From Octopus sinensis (lineage: Eukaryota), in the NCBI RefSeq assembly GCF_006345805.1, contig NC_043024.1, positions 2,728,001-2,792,000 on the forward strand: DNA of 64,000 nt, in the 5' to 3' direction. A model generated the notes under the pieces. The model saw only the letters and a list, made by a program, of their open reading frames with translations. It did no database searches and was not told where the DNA came from. Positions within the stretch are counted from its first letter, which is position 1. Each line of letters starts with the position of its first letter. A program made the translations under genes and the position numbers. Below, piece by piece: positions 1-12,130 of the stretch.

Positions 1-900
1 TGTATGTATTATATGTGAATATGTATATATATATATATATATACATGTATGTATTTGTATGTAGGTGTTATGTATATGTATGTGTGTTTATATATTTATT
101 GGTGTTGTGTATATGTATAGACTAGCCTTCTAAGAGTGTAGACATGAATCTGTAGGTACGCGTTACGTATGTGTATATACGTGAATGTATGTAGATGTAT
201 GTATGTATGAATTAACGCGTGCGTGCGTGTATGTGTATGAGTGTACGATGAGTGAGTGTACGTGCTAAAGAGTGTGCGTGGAGTATAATGAGTGCTTGTT
301 TTCCAGTGACAGATAAATGGACTGGCTGTCATAGCCAAGATGTTGTGACCTGCGATCGAAGATAACAAAAGTAATAATGAAGATAATAAAATTAAAATTA
401 GGGAATGGGTCTGTATTTGTATGTGTATACATATGTGTGTATGTGTAGGTATGCATAGGTACACATATGTATATATTTAATATATATTACTATATGTATG
501 TGTATGTATGTGTTGTGTATATGTGTGTGTATGTGATATTAGTGTATATAGGGACTAGTGTGTGCGTGTGTGCAGGTGTGTGTGTGGTGGATATGTGTGT
601 GTTTGCGTGTATGTGAGTATGTGTGTGTATGTGTATATATATTTTTCTGTGTGTATATGTATGTGTAAGTGTATATATATGTATATATGTGTGTGTATAC
701 GTATGTGTGTATGTATATGTATATATGTTTGTACGTGTGTGTATATATGTATACATATGTGCATAGGTATAAGTGAGAATCTCCTTATTTACCTAAAACT
801 CTATTCCCTTTTTTTTATATATATTCTTTATATATTTTTTTTTTATATATTTTTTTTATTTTTTTATTTTTTTAATTTATTCTTCTATCTAATTTAACAC
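1..900. repeat. Compound (TG)n/(TA)n/(TATG)n microsatellite tract
   Basis: Low-complexity dinucleotide and tetranucleotide repeats; ORFs here are H/T/Y/I or C/V/M repeats only. Confidence 0.9.
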
Positions 901-1257
901 TGACTCCTTGACCACTCCCCCAAGTATGATATTTGCGCTATGCCTACCCCCAAAAAGTCCCCCACCAAACACACCCTTTTAAACCTGCCTAAATGTATAA
1001 ATGCCACTACAATTCTTGTTAACTAGCTTCCTGAAGATTTCTCTTGAATGAAACAGTTCTAGTCCTTAGAAGCTCCTTCTATATAATAATTAATTTTACT
1101 CTACTATGTATTGAGTACCTATTTACTGTGGTTAACCCCGAATCAACCCGGGACCTACATATATATATATATATATATAATATATACTATATATAATATC
1201 TATATATATTATATATTATATTATTATATATATTCTATGTATATATATAATATATAT

Positions 1258-1288
<31 letters not shown>

Positions 1289-1315
1289 TCATATTTATAT
1301 GCATATGCATATGGT

Positions 1316-1351
<36 letters not shown>

Positions 1352-1631
1352 TATATTATATATAGACACACAGCATATATGAATATAGGACATCACCAAT
1401 GGTGCAAATAACATGAAATACAACATAAACGAGAAAAATTACACACACACACATGCACGCACACACACACCACATGCATCCACACACGGTTAACATATAA
1501 GGCAGTGCTCCAGCATGGCCACAGTTCCAATATAAGAAAGTAATAAATAACAAAATCCAAGAACGTGGGGGCTGATATGAATAACTGCTGCTGTTTGCAT
1601 AATTAACTTTTCTCTTTTCTTTATATTCCAG

Positions 1632-1745
1632 AGAGATGGTCAATTCTGGAGAGACCTGGAAACTTCTAGAAGAAACCAAAGAGAAATATTGACATGATTT
1701 GAAAATGGATAATTCTGAGGAAATAAAATTTGAAAATATTAATTT
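1632..1745 (+). other. Copy of the non-coding terminal (3'UTR) exon of the pacifastin-like gene family; probable 3' end of a paralog lying upstream of the window
   Basis: Polypyrimidine tract + CAG acceptor (ttttctttatattccag, ends 1631); exon near-identical to last exons of gene A (10435 down) and gene B (47264 up); AATAAA 1722-1727 followed by a T/GT-rich tract. 3' end approximate. Confidence 0.6.
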
Positions 1746-1897
1746 TTGTATTGATTTGGTTTCAATTTTTATTGAAATTATTAATTTATTGTGGTTTTAA
1801 ATGAAGCATTTTGCAATGGATTAGTTAAATAATAATAATAATAATAATAAGAGAATAATAATAATAAGAATAATAATAAATAATAATAATAATAATA

Positions 1898-2173
1898 ACT
1901 CAGATACCAGGAAACCCCAGATGGCAGAATGGCAGAAATTCACAAGATACTGCCCATATCCTATGCAAAAATACTTTCTATGTAATTGTCAGGTTTAAAA
2001 CAAACATAATTTTCGTATGTTTTTTTTTTAGACATTCACTAGTACAAACACTAAGTACAAAACCAAATATATGGCATCATAGGCATAACACCAACATGAC
2101 TTCCAACTTTGTTGTCTCTTGAAGTCTCTGGGTGAGACTTGGAGCCAACTTGTACAAATATAAAAGCAAAAGT
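1898..2173 (+). mobile_element. R4/Dong-clade non-LTR retrotransposon, short 3' fragment in (AAT)n
   Basis: Matches the 3' ORF end/UTR of the longer copy at 3706-4120; flanked by (AAT)n. Confidence 0.7.
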
Positions 2174-2479
2174 AAAAAAATATAATAAAATAATAATAAT
2201 AATAATAATAATAATATAATAATAATAATAATAATGATGATAATAATAATAATTAATAATAATGATATAATGATAATAAAATATAATAATAATAATAATA
2301 ATAATATATAATATAATAATAAGATAATAATAATATAATAATATAATAAATAATGATAATATAAAATAATAATAATAATGATAATAATGATAATAATAAA
2401 AAATAATAATGATAAAATAATAATAATAATAATGATAATAATAATATAATAATAATAATAATAATGATTAATAATAATG

Positions 2480-2517
<38 letters not shown>

Positions 2518-2765
2518 TAATATAATAATAATAATAATAATGATATAATAAATAATAATAATAATAATATAATAATGATAATAAAATAATAATAAAATAA
2601 TAATAAATAATAATAATAATAATAATAATAATGATACTATAATAATAATACTATATGATAATAATAATAATAATAATATAATAATAATGTAATAATGATA
2701 ATAATAATAATAATAATAATAAATATAATAATAATAATAAAATATAATAATAATAATAATAATGA
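2174..2765. repeat. Degenerate (AAT)n microsatellite
   Basis: Direct reading; source of the spurious 262-aa I/L/Y ORF. Confidence 0.95.
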
Positions 2766-3118
2766 TAACCAATATCTTGAAATAGAAATCAGCAAAATGT
2801 GGAACCTGAACGACTAAATTCATATTAATATGCATATCAATGTATGTATATATATATATATACACACATGCATATATGAATATAGGACGTCACCAATGGT
2901 GCAAATAACATGAAATACGTAAACGAAAAAAATACACACACACATGCACGCACACACACACATGCATCCACACATGGTTAACATATAAGGCAGTGCTCCA
3001 GCATGGCCACAGTCCAATATAAGAAAGTAATAAAATAACAAAATCCAAGAACGTGGGGCTGATATGAATAACTGCTGCTGTTTGCATAATTAACTTTTCT
3101 CTTTTCTTTATATTCCAG

Positions 3119-3230
3119 AGAGATGGTCAATTCTGGAGAGACCTGGAAACTTCTAGAAGAAACCAAAGAGAAATATTGACATGATTTGAAAATGGATAAT
3201 TCTGAGAAATAAAATTTGAAAATATTAATT
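3119..3230 (+). other. Second tandem copy of the same terminal 3'UTR exon
   Basis: Acceptor ends 3118; AATAAA 3208-3213; flanks about 2870-3627 duplicate about 1375-2173. Confidence 0.6.
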
Positions 3231-3311
3231 TTTGTATTGATTTGGTTTCAATTTTTATTGAATTATTAATTTATTGTGGTTTAAATGAAGCATTTTGCAA
3301 TGGATTAGTTA

Positions 3312-3353
<42 letters not shown>

Positions 3354-3356
<3 letters not shown>

Positions 3357-3625
3357 TCAGATACCAGGAAACCCCAGAATGGCAGAAATTCAAAAGATAC
3401 TGCCCATATCCTACGCAAAATACTTTCTATGTAATGTCAAGTTTTAAAACAAACATAATTTTCGTATGTTTTTTTTTTAGACATTCACTAGTACAACACT
3501 AAGTACAAAACCAAATATATGGCATCCTAGGCATAACACCAACATGAACTTCCAACTTGTTGTCTCTTGAAGTCTCTGGGTGAGACTTGGAGCCAACTTG
3601 TACAAATATAAAGCAAAAGTCAAAC

Positions 3626-3627
<2 letters not shown>
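3354..3627 (+). mobile_element. R4/Dong-clade 3' fragment (same insertion as 1898-2173 and 9897-10168)
   Basis: Near-identical sequence and identical 5' truncation point (actcagataccaggaaacccc) in all three copies. Confidence 0.7.
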
Positions 3628-3691
<64 letters not shown>

Positions 3692-3705
3692 TAATAATGA
3701 TAACA

Positions 3706-4120
3706 AATATCTTGAAATAGAAATCAGCAAAATGTGGAACCTGAAGACTAAAACAATACCTGTTGTCATAGGTGTCCTGGGAATGATAGCAAAAGGGGCT
3801 GATTGCTACCTAACTCAGATACCAGGAAACCCAAAAATGGCAGAAGTTCAAAAGATAGTGCTCATGGGAACTGCTCATATCCTACGCAAAATACTCTCTA
3901 TGTAATCTCAAGGTTTAAAACAAACATAATTTTCGGTTTAAAAAAAAAAAAAAAAAAAAAACTTTTTTTTTTAGACATTCATTAGTACAACATCCCCACC
4001 CCCCAAATATATGGCACACTAGGCATAACAACAACATGAACTTCCAACCCTGTTGTCTCTTGAGGTCTCTGGGTGAGACTTGGAGCCAACTTGTACAAAT
4101 ATAAAGCAAAAGTCAAACAT
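3706..4120 (+). mobile_element. R4/Dong-clade 3' fragment (C-terminus of REL endonuclease + 3'UTR)
   Basis: Translates KYLEIEISKMWNLKTKTIPVVIGVLGMIAKG...VQKIVLMGTAHILRKILSM*, then UTR ending in (AAT)n. Confidence 0.8.
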
Positions 4121-4140
4121 AGAATAATAATAATAATAAT

Positions 4141-4632
4141 ACAGACCGAACCATCAAAGCCAATAAACCAGATATTGTTGTGAAAGACAAAAACAATAAA
4201 GTTTGCTTATTGATCGACATGAGCATCCCCTGTGATCATAATATCTCGGCGAAAGAGTTTGACAAGCTCAGAAAATATAAAGACCTGCTCATTGAAATTG
4301 AGAAAATGTGGCATCTCAAGGCGGGTACAATACCAGTGATCGTAGGAGCACTAGGAATGATTAAGAAGGAAACCGAAAATTATATGAGAATGATCCCTGG
4401 CTTACCATCCCTGCAAGAAGTGCAAAAGATTGTCTTAACTGGTACATCACACGTATTGAGAAGAGCATTATCGATGTAAGAAATGTTGCTGCTCATGTAT
4501 TTTAATTTAACTTAAAAAAAATTTTTTTAAATGAACGAACTATTGAGTTTGGTTTAATTGAGTTTTTTGCCCTAGGAGTCGGGAAGACATCGGCAAGAAA
4601 TGGAAGCAAATTGAAAGAAGAAAAAAAAAAAA
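4141..4632 (+). mobile_element. R4/Dong-clade 3' fragment, second subfamily
   Basis: RTIKANKPDIVVKD...LIDMSIP.D...KLRKYKDL...IPVIVGALG: PD..D restriction-like endonuclease motif; A-rich then (AAT)n tail. Confidence 0.85.
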
Positions 4633-4674
4633 TAATAATAATATAATAAGAATAATATAATAATAATATAATAA

Positions 4675-4728
<54 letters not shown>

Positions 4729-4790
4729 GAGGAAAAAACGGCATTGAAAAATTCCTTAGGAATGAGAACCCAAGTTCGAAATTTCCCCAA

Positions 4791-4836
4791 GATACCTGAT
4801 GAAGGCTGGAGGGTATATCAGCTGAAACGTTGTGTT
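4791..4836 (+). ncRNA. Minimal type-I hammerhead ribozyme motif (Penelope/retrozyme-like)
   Basis: gatac-CUGAUGA-a-GGCUG(10-nt loop)CAGCU-GAAAC-GUU-gtgtt: core intact, 5-bp stem II, palindromic ACGU stem III, stem I gatac/gtgtt. Confidence 0.6.
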
Positions 4837-5559
4837 AACAACAAACAAGATGAGGACAAATATCTGTCAAATGTAAATAATGTAAATAATGTAAATAATG
4901 GATTAGTTAAAATTCTGCAGAATATGAATTGAAAATAAATGAAAACAGAAGGATGACAAAACAACAGTTAACATTTTTAGTTTGGATTTCGATATTTTGG
5001 GGCTAAAATGACTTCGTCTTCATGAGAAGATGGAAGATGGTAGTGAGATGGCATCTATTAAAATAGATGTTTTTGATCGATTTTGGATTCTTTGCCATCA
5101 AATTTGAATTCTTTGCAAACAAATTTGAATGCAAAGAATTCAAATTTGAGGCAAACTAGATCGAAAATATCTATATTTAATTTTACTTTGTTGCGTAACC
5201 CAACGTCAGATGTGATGTGATCAGGAAGATTCTATGATGAGAGCCAGTCCAGCCGTGACCAACATGTCTTTTATTCATACACAATGCATCCAAGACCCCA
5301 TCAGCCAATGTGTCTAACCATTTCTTTGATGAATTAAAGTGAGATATGAAGAAGATATAGTTGTTATTTCTAGCAGATCAGGAAACCATGTAGAGGCTCT
5401 TTCACCGCTGTTGATAGTGTTTTGTAACCCTAGGTCAATCGTATCTGAGTTGATCTACAATTTAGTATTGGTCATTCCATCTTTTGGTCAGACACGGTGC
5501 ATCAAAAACTACCTTAATCAATGAGACCTCCCTCTTTCAACATATTTGGATGGGATTTG

Positions 5560-6192
5560 AGGGTGATTGCCCACAGGGGGCTAAACAAAGAGGGGACAAA
5601 CAAGGACATACAAAGGGATCAAGTCGATTACATCGACCCCAGTGCATAACTGGTACTTATTTAATCGACCCCGAAAGGATGAAAGGCAAAGTCGACCTGG
5701 GTGGAATTTGAACTCAGAACGTAACAGCAGACGAAATACCGCTAAGTATTGCACCCGGCGTGCTAACGTTTCTTACTTCTTTATTGCCCGCAAGGGGCTA
5801 AATATAGAGAGGACAAACAAGAACAGACAAAGGGATTAAGTCGATTACATCGACCCCAGTATGTAACTGGTACTTAATTTATAGACCCCGAAAGGATGAA
5901 AGGCAAAGTCAACCTCGGTGGAATTTGAACTCACAACGTAACGGCAGATGAAATACTGCTAAGCATTTCGCCCGGTGTGCTAACATTTCTTATTTCTTTA
6001 TTGCCCACAAGGGGTTAAACACAGAGGGGACAAACAAGAACAGACAAAGGGATTAAGTCGATTACATCGACCCCAGTGTGTAACTGGTACTTAATTTATC
6101 AACCTCAGCAGAACTTGAACTCAGAATGTAATGGCAGACAAAATATTGCTAAGCATTTCACCCGGTGTGCTAATGTTTCTTCCAGCTCGCCG
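5560..6192 (-). mobile_element. tRNA-derived SINE family 1 (Meta-like core), multimeric copy
   Basis: A box TGGxAGAA, B box GTTCAAATTCC, core gtcgactttgcctttcatcctttcggggtcgataaattaagtacc; internal ~180-bp unit repeated in tandem. Confidence 0.8.
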
Positions 6193-6349
6193 CTTTCCCA
6201 TAAGTAGTTTCTGGTTAGATTACATAATAACTGGTGCACTGATAATTCTATTTTGTAAATGCAAGTGGAATATTTACAATATTCCATGAAATTCTTCATA
6301 TTTACAACAAGAGATTCCAGTCATATCTCAACTCATATTCATACAATCA

Positions 6350-6595
6350 CATAAAAAGCACCATCCGTTTGTGGCCGTTTGCCAGCTCTGTCTGGCACCT
6401 GTGCGGGTGGCACGTAAAAAGCACCCACTACACTCACGGAGTGGTTGGCGTTAGGAAGGGCATCCAGCCGTAGAAACACTGCCAGATTTGACTGGGCCTG
6501 ATGAAGCCTTCTGGCTTCACAGACCCCAGTAGAACCGTCCAACCCATGCTAGCATGGAAAACGGACGTTAAACGACGATGATGATGATGATGACT
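6350..6595 (+). mobile_element. Interspersed retroposon family 3 with (GAT)n tail
   Basis: Shared block ggagtggttggcgttaggaagggcatccagc...ggacgttaaac(gat)n; further copies near 14660-15017, 47405-47712, 47775-48140, 55010-55685, 57050-57385, 57390-57580 (-), 59865-60950 (-). Confidence 0.75.
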
Positions 6596-6785
6596 AACGG
6601 AACCAGTGAATATTTCATGGAATCAATGGTAAACCTTTTGGGTTATTTCTGAAAAGTTTATCCAAAAAACCCGAAAGCGTAACCTGTGTTGTGTCTGTAT
6701 CAAAAGATAGTCACCCATCTTTTATTCATAGAAAAGTGAAGGAAACTGGAATATGATAATGACTCAATGAATTTCATATAGCTTA

Positions 6786-7373
6786 CACTACCGTCAGAAA
6801 TTAATTAGCACCCTTGATTTGCTCACCATGAAGCATGGTGGGGGTGGTCTGATGGTGTGAGGGGCGTTCAGCTACAGTGGTGTTGGGCGGCTCTATGCCG
6901 TCGAAGGCAACATCAACGCAGCAAAGTACGTTGAGATAGTACGGAATGCTGCCTACCCTCTGCGGGATACCTCTTTGGTGGCGAGGAGTACGTGCTGGCC
7001 AGTCACCTGACCTGAACCCTATTGGGAACCTCTGGAGTCGATTGGGTAGGGATTTGAATGTGCAGCAATACAGGAACCGACATGAGATGTTTGGGGCACT
7101 TCTTGCTGCATGAGGGGCCATCTCTGCACAGTACCTGCAGGCACTCATAGACAGCATGCCGACCCGCGTAGCAGCTGTCATTGCTGCCAAAGGAGGAGCA
7201 ACAAGATATTGACTAAATTTCACGATTAATAACAATTATGTGGTATGCTGGGATATGTTTTAATAAATTTTTGATTAAAAACGAGTTCGTTTCTGATAAT
7301 AAGTTAATTAAATTAAGAAAATGTAACAGAATGTAGAAATTTGAGAAGTGCTAATTAATTTCCGACGCAAGTG
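6786..7373 (+). mobile_element. Internally deleted Tc1-like DNA transposon
   Basis: About 26-bp TIRs (CACTACCGTCAGAAATTAATTAGCAC vs reverse complement CACTTGCGTCGGAAATTAATTAGCAC) with TA on both sides; remnant motifs KHGGGGLMV, SPDLNPIGNLW, SMPTRVAAVIAAKGGATRY*. Confidence 0.85.
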
Positions 7374-7629
7374 TATATATTTTATGCACAATTTTATAGA
7401 CTTCATATACAGTACTCATAACTTCCATGTTAACACTGAACTGCAGTTACGTATGAAGGGAGGTAACTCTAACATATGGTAACAAGACTCTAGTAATCTA
7501 TTTTTTTTTTTGGAAAGCCTGGTTTTGCCAAACCGCTAAGTTACAGGGATGTAAACACACCAACACCGGCTGTCAAGCGGTGATGGAGGGAACAAACATG
7601 AACACAGACACACGCATAGATATAAGCAT

Positions 7630-8050
7630 ACATACATACATACATACATACACACACACATACATACATACATACATACATACATACATACGTACATTCA
7701 TACATACACACATACATACATACATACATACATACATACATACGTACATACATACATACACACATACATACATACATACACATACATACATACGTACATA
7801 CATACATACGTACATTCATACATACACACATACATACACACATACATACATACATACATACGTACATACATACATACATACACACATACATACATACACA
7901 CGTACATACATACATGCATACATACACACACATACATACATACATACATACATACATACACACATACACACATACATACATACATACACACATACATACA
8001 TACATACACATACATACATACATACATACATACATACATACATACATACT
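7630..8050. repeat. (TACA)n microsatellite
   Basis: Direct reading. Confidence 0.95.
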
Positions 8051-8164
8051 CGCCATCATCATCATCATCATCATCCTTTAACGTCCATGTTCCATGCTAG
8101 CATGAGTGGGACGGTACCACAAGAGCTGGACAGGCCGAAGCCTGCACTGGCTTTCTGTGACTGT

Positions 8165-9815
8165 TTTATTCAGTAGTTTTATTTTTATAGCATGCTTTCA
8201 CTTCACTACCGAGCGCAGCTCTGTGTGCCTTGGGTATGTGCTGTGATTTGTTGTGATGCTCTGATGGTTATTGTATGGAAGTGTTCTGCGTAGGATGTGT
8301 GCAGTGCCTAATAGTGCAATTTTCTGTATGTTATATGTGTTTGTAAGTCCTGGTTTTTTATGTATTTGTCTGAATATTTTTTAATCATGCCTAATGCACC
8401 TACTATGATAGGAATTGTTTCTGTTTTCAGGTTCCACATTCTAGTTACCTCTATTTCCAGTCTTTGTATTTTGAGAGTTTCTCCATTTCTTTTAGAGACA
8501 CGTTGTCATCTGCCGGTATTGATACATCAATTAGAAAGCATTTTTTTTCTTCATGATCTCTGACAACTATATCTGGTCTGTTGGCCTTAATTTCTCTATC
8601 TGTGTGTATCGGCATATCCCAGAGTATGGTTGCTTTCTCGTTTTCTGTGAACCTTTCTGGTGTGTGCCTATACCATCTTTTTCTGTTGTTATTCCATAAT
8701 GTTGGCATAGCTTCCAACTCTGTCATGTCTGTGATATATTCCTTCTTAGCCAGGACTGGGCAGCTAGAGATAATATGATTTCTTGTTTCTTGTCCATCTC
8801 CACATATTCTGCAGTTACTTGTAATATTTCTTTTCATTATATGTTTTGGTAATTTCTAGTGGGGAGGCTTTGGTCTTGTGCTGCAATTAAAAATCCCTCT
8901 GTTTCTGCTTTGAGTCCTGAGCTTCTCAACCATTGCTGGGATTTTTCTTTGTCTATTTCTTTTGCGTTTAGTTTAGTCCAGTATTTACCATGAAGGGGCT
9001 TTTCTTGCCATCGTTTTATCATGGTTCGTTGCTGTTCTATTTTTAGTTTGGATTTCATTTGTTTTATAGCTTTTGTTGTTTCTTCATCTTCTTCTTCTTC
9101 TTCTTCTTCTTCTTCTTCATATTTATTAGGTGGTATGATTTCTTGTTTGTATTTGTCAGCTTCGTTAAATACTGAGAACAGTTTTTTGTTTTGCTCGTGT
9201 TTTGCCGCTATTTGTATCAGTTTTCCTTCTTTCTGAAGTAGATATTTTTGCAGTCCTATGGTGGTTATTTTATAGTAGTTTTCCAGCTGTATAAGGCCTC
9301 TACCACCTTCTATACGTTGTATATATAGTCTTTCTATGTCAGATTTTGGGTGATGCATCCTAGATCCTGTCATTATTTTTCTTGGTTTCCTATCTATTTT
9401 GGTCAGTTCATTTCATGTCCAGTTAAGGATATTGTAGCTGTAACTTATAACTGGGACAGCTAAAGTGTTAATACCTATTATCTTGATTTTAGCATTGAGC
9501 TCTGTTTTTAGTATTTATCTAACTCATCTATAATATTCTTTTTTTATTTTCTCTTTCATTTGTGTGTGTTGTGTCTTATCTAGTTCATGGATTCCTAAGT
9601 ATTTGTAAGTTTGGCTTTGGTCTAATTCTTTTATTTCATTGGTTTTATCTAGTGTGATGTTGCTACTCTTAACTAGTTTTCCTCTTTTCATGGTTACTTT
9701 GGCGCATTTTTCTAATCCAAATTTCATATCTATTTCTTTGGTAAATCCATGAACTGTCTTTAATAGTGTTTCCAGCTGTTTGTCATTTGCAGCGTATAGT
9801 TTTAGGTCATCCATA
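8165..9815 (-). mobile_element. 5'-truncated R4/Dong-clade LINE (RT end, CCHC knuckle, REL endonuclease), frameshifted
   Basis: MDDLKLYA, KFGLEKC, YKYLGI, HPKSDIERLY, LHGKY, LKAETEGFLIAAQDQSL, CRICGDGQETRNHIISSC, RPDIVV..DVSIPAD; 5' end abuts (TAA)n. Confidence 0.92.
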
Positions 9816-9830
9816 TATAAAATAATAATA

Positions 9831-9870
<40 letters not shown>

Positions 9871-9896
9871 TATTATTATTATTATTATTATTATTC

Positions 9897-10168
9897 TACG
9901 TTTGACATTTGCTTTACATTTGTACAAGTTGACTCCAAGTCTCACCCAGAGACCTCAAGAGACAACAAGTTGGAAGTTCATGTTGGTGTTATGCCTAGGG
10001 TGTCATATATTTGGTTTTGTACTTAGTGTTGTACTAGTGAATGTCTAAAAAAGCATACGAAAATTATGTTTGTTTTAAAATTTGACATTACATAGAAAGT
10101 ATTTTGCATAGGATATGGGCAGTATCTTTTGAATTTCTGCCATTCTGGGGTTTCCTGGTATCTGAGTT
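9897..10168 (-). mobile_element. R4/Dong short 3' fragment, inverted copy of 3354-3627
   Basis: Reverse-complement match with the same truncation point; lies just downstream of the gene A last exon. Confidence 0.75.
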
Positions 10169-10177
10169 ATTATTATA

Positions 10178-10220
<43 letters not shown>

Positions 10221-10324
10221 TATTATTATTATTATTATTATTTAACTAATCCATCACAAAATGCTTCATTTAAACCACAATAAATTAATAATTCAATAAA
10301 AATTGAAAACAAATCAATACAAAA

Positions 10325-10435
10325 ATTAATATTTTCAAATTTTATTTCTCAGAATTATCCATTTTCAAATCATGTCAATATTTCTCTTCGGTTTCTTCTA
10401 GAAGTTTCCAGGTCTCTCCAGAATTGACCATCTCT
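10325..10435 (-). other. Gene A exon 5, non-coding 3'UTR exon
   Basis: Acceptor ttttctttatattccAG (10436-10437); AATAAA at 10341-10346 (minus); matches the GTAAGT donor 8 nt after the stop in exon 4. 3' end approximate. Confidence 0.7.
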
Positions 10436-10779
10436 CTGGAATATAAAGAAAAGAGAAAAGTTAATTATGCAAACAGCAGCAGTTATTCATATCAGCCCCA
10501 CATTCTTGGATTTTGTTATTATTTTATTACTTTCATATATTGGACTGTGGCCATGCTGGAGCACTGCCTTATATGTTAACCCACCACCACCACCACCACC
10601 ACCATCAGTATTTTGGATGATGCTTATTTTACCAATCTCAGAAGGATGTAAACCAAAGTGAATCGATGTCACACTAATTGTTGCTGAGACTTAATTAATT
10701 AAGAGTAATTAAGACTACATTTGTCTGTGGTGTACACAGCCACCTACAGAAAATTTAATGATTGAGAGAGAAAGATCTA

Positions 10780-10807
10780 TCTATCTATCTGTCTATATGT
10801 CTGTCTA

Positions 10808-10840
<33 letters not shown>

Positions 10841-10989
10841 ATGTCTGTCTGTCTGTCTATGCGTGTGTGCATGCATGTGTGTATGTGCGCGTGTGTGTGT
10901 GTGTGCATGCATGTGTGTGTGTATATTTTTCTCGTTTACATATTTCATGTTATTTGCACCATTGGTGACGTCCTATATTCATATATGCA

Positions 10990-11034
<45 letters not shown>

Positions 11035-11063
11035 GCATATATATATATATATGCATATGAATA

Positions 11064-11099
<36 letters not shown>

Positions 11100-11559
11100 C
11101 ACACATATATATATACACACATATATATATATATATATACACATATATATATACATACATATAGATATATACATATATATATATATGTGCATACATATAG
11201 ATTTATACATATATATATATATATATGTATACATACATATATATACGCACATATATATATACATATATACACACACACACATATATGTTATGTATATACA
11301 TATGTGTATGTATGTATGTATACACATATATATATATGTATACATATATATATGTACACATACATATATATATGTATATATATATATATACATACATACA
11401 CATATATATATACATACATACGCGTATGTATATACATACATACACATATATATACCTACTATATATATATGTATATATATATATTATATACACCACACAC
11501 ACATGTGTATGTATATATATATATATTATATATATATATTATACACACACACACATGTG

Positions 11560-11611
<52 letters not shown>

Positions 11612-11675
11612 TGTGTATGTATATATATATATATTATATATATATATATAATATACACACACACCACATGGTATG

Positions 11676-11722
<47 letters not shown>

Positions 11723-11730
11723 TGTGTATG

Positions 11731-11764
<34 letters not shown>

Positions 11765-11810
11765 TATTCATTATTTATTATGTATGTATGTATATACGTA
11801 TGTACATGCC
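10780..11810. repeat. Compound (TCTA)/(TG)/(TA)/(CA) microsatellite in gene A intron 4
   Basis: Direct reading; generates more than 15 spurious ORFs. Confidence 0.95.
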
Positions 11811-12008
11811 TATGTTTTTTTGTATTCGGATGAAATGTAAATATAAATATTTTTTAAAAATATTAAAATATTGATCATTAAATATGAAGTTTTATAATCT
11901 GAAAAATTACGATATTCACTAAATCATAATTAAACTGCTAGCTTTAACAAATCAAGTCACTTGCTTAACTGCTGAATACTCAATCTTGCTGAAGACTTAC
12001 CAAAAGTT

Positions 12009-12130
12009 TTAATCAAAAATGCAGAATATTCCGGTACAAACTGCTGCGTTTGTAGCTTCGCATATACATGTGTTACAATCTTTCATGTAGCTTTCTCCAA
12101 TCTTATAAATCTTGTTGTTGTAAGCACAGC
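12009..12130 (-). CDS. Gene A exon 4: pacifastin/VWC-like module 2 and stop (GCAYNNKIYKIGESYMKDCNTCICEATNAAVCTGIFCIFD*)
   Basis: Acceptor ctcttttAG (12131-12132), phase 1; C-x16-C-x2-C-x-C-x7-C-x4-C; TAA 12009-12011; exon ends 12001 with GTAAGT donor. Confidence 0.85.

Noticed and set aside
1022-1065. CTGAAGA...GAAAC motif in a Penelope-like AT-rich stretch
   Set aside because: Stem II is marginal, stem III is not palindromic and stem I is out of register.
10758-11833. Many 60-250 aa ORFs (also 1-900, 2077-2865, 7541-8176, 22432-23367, 60029-60985)
   Set aside because: Translations of micro- and minisatellites that lack stops by composition.
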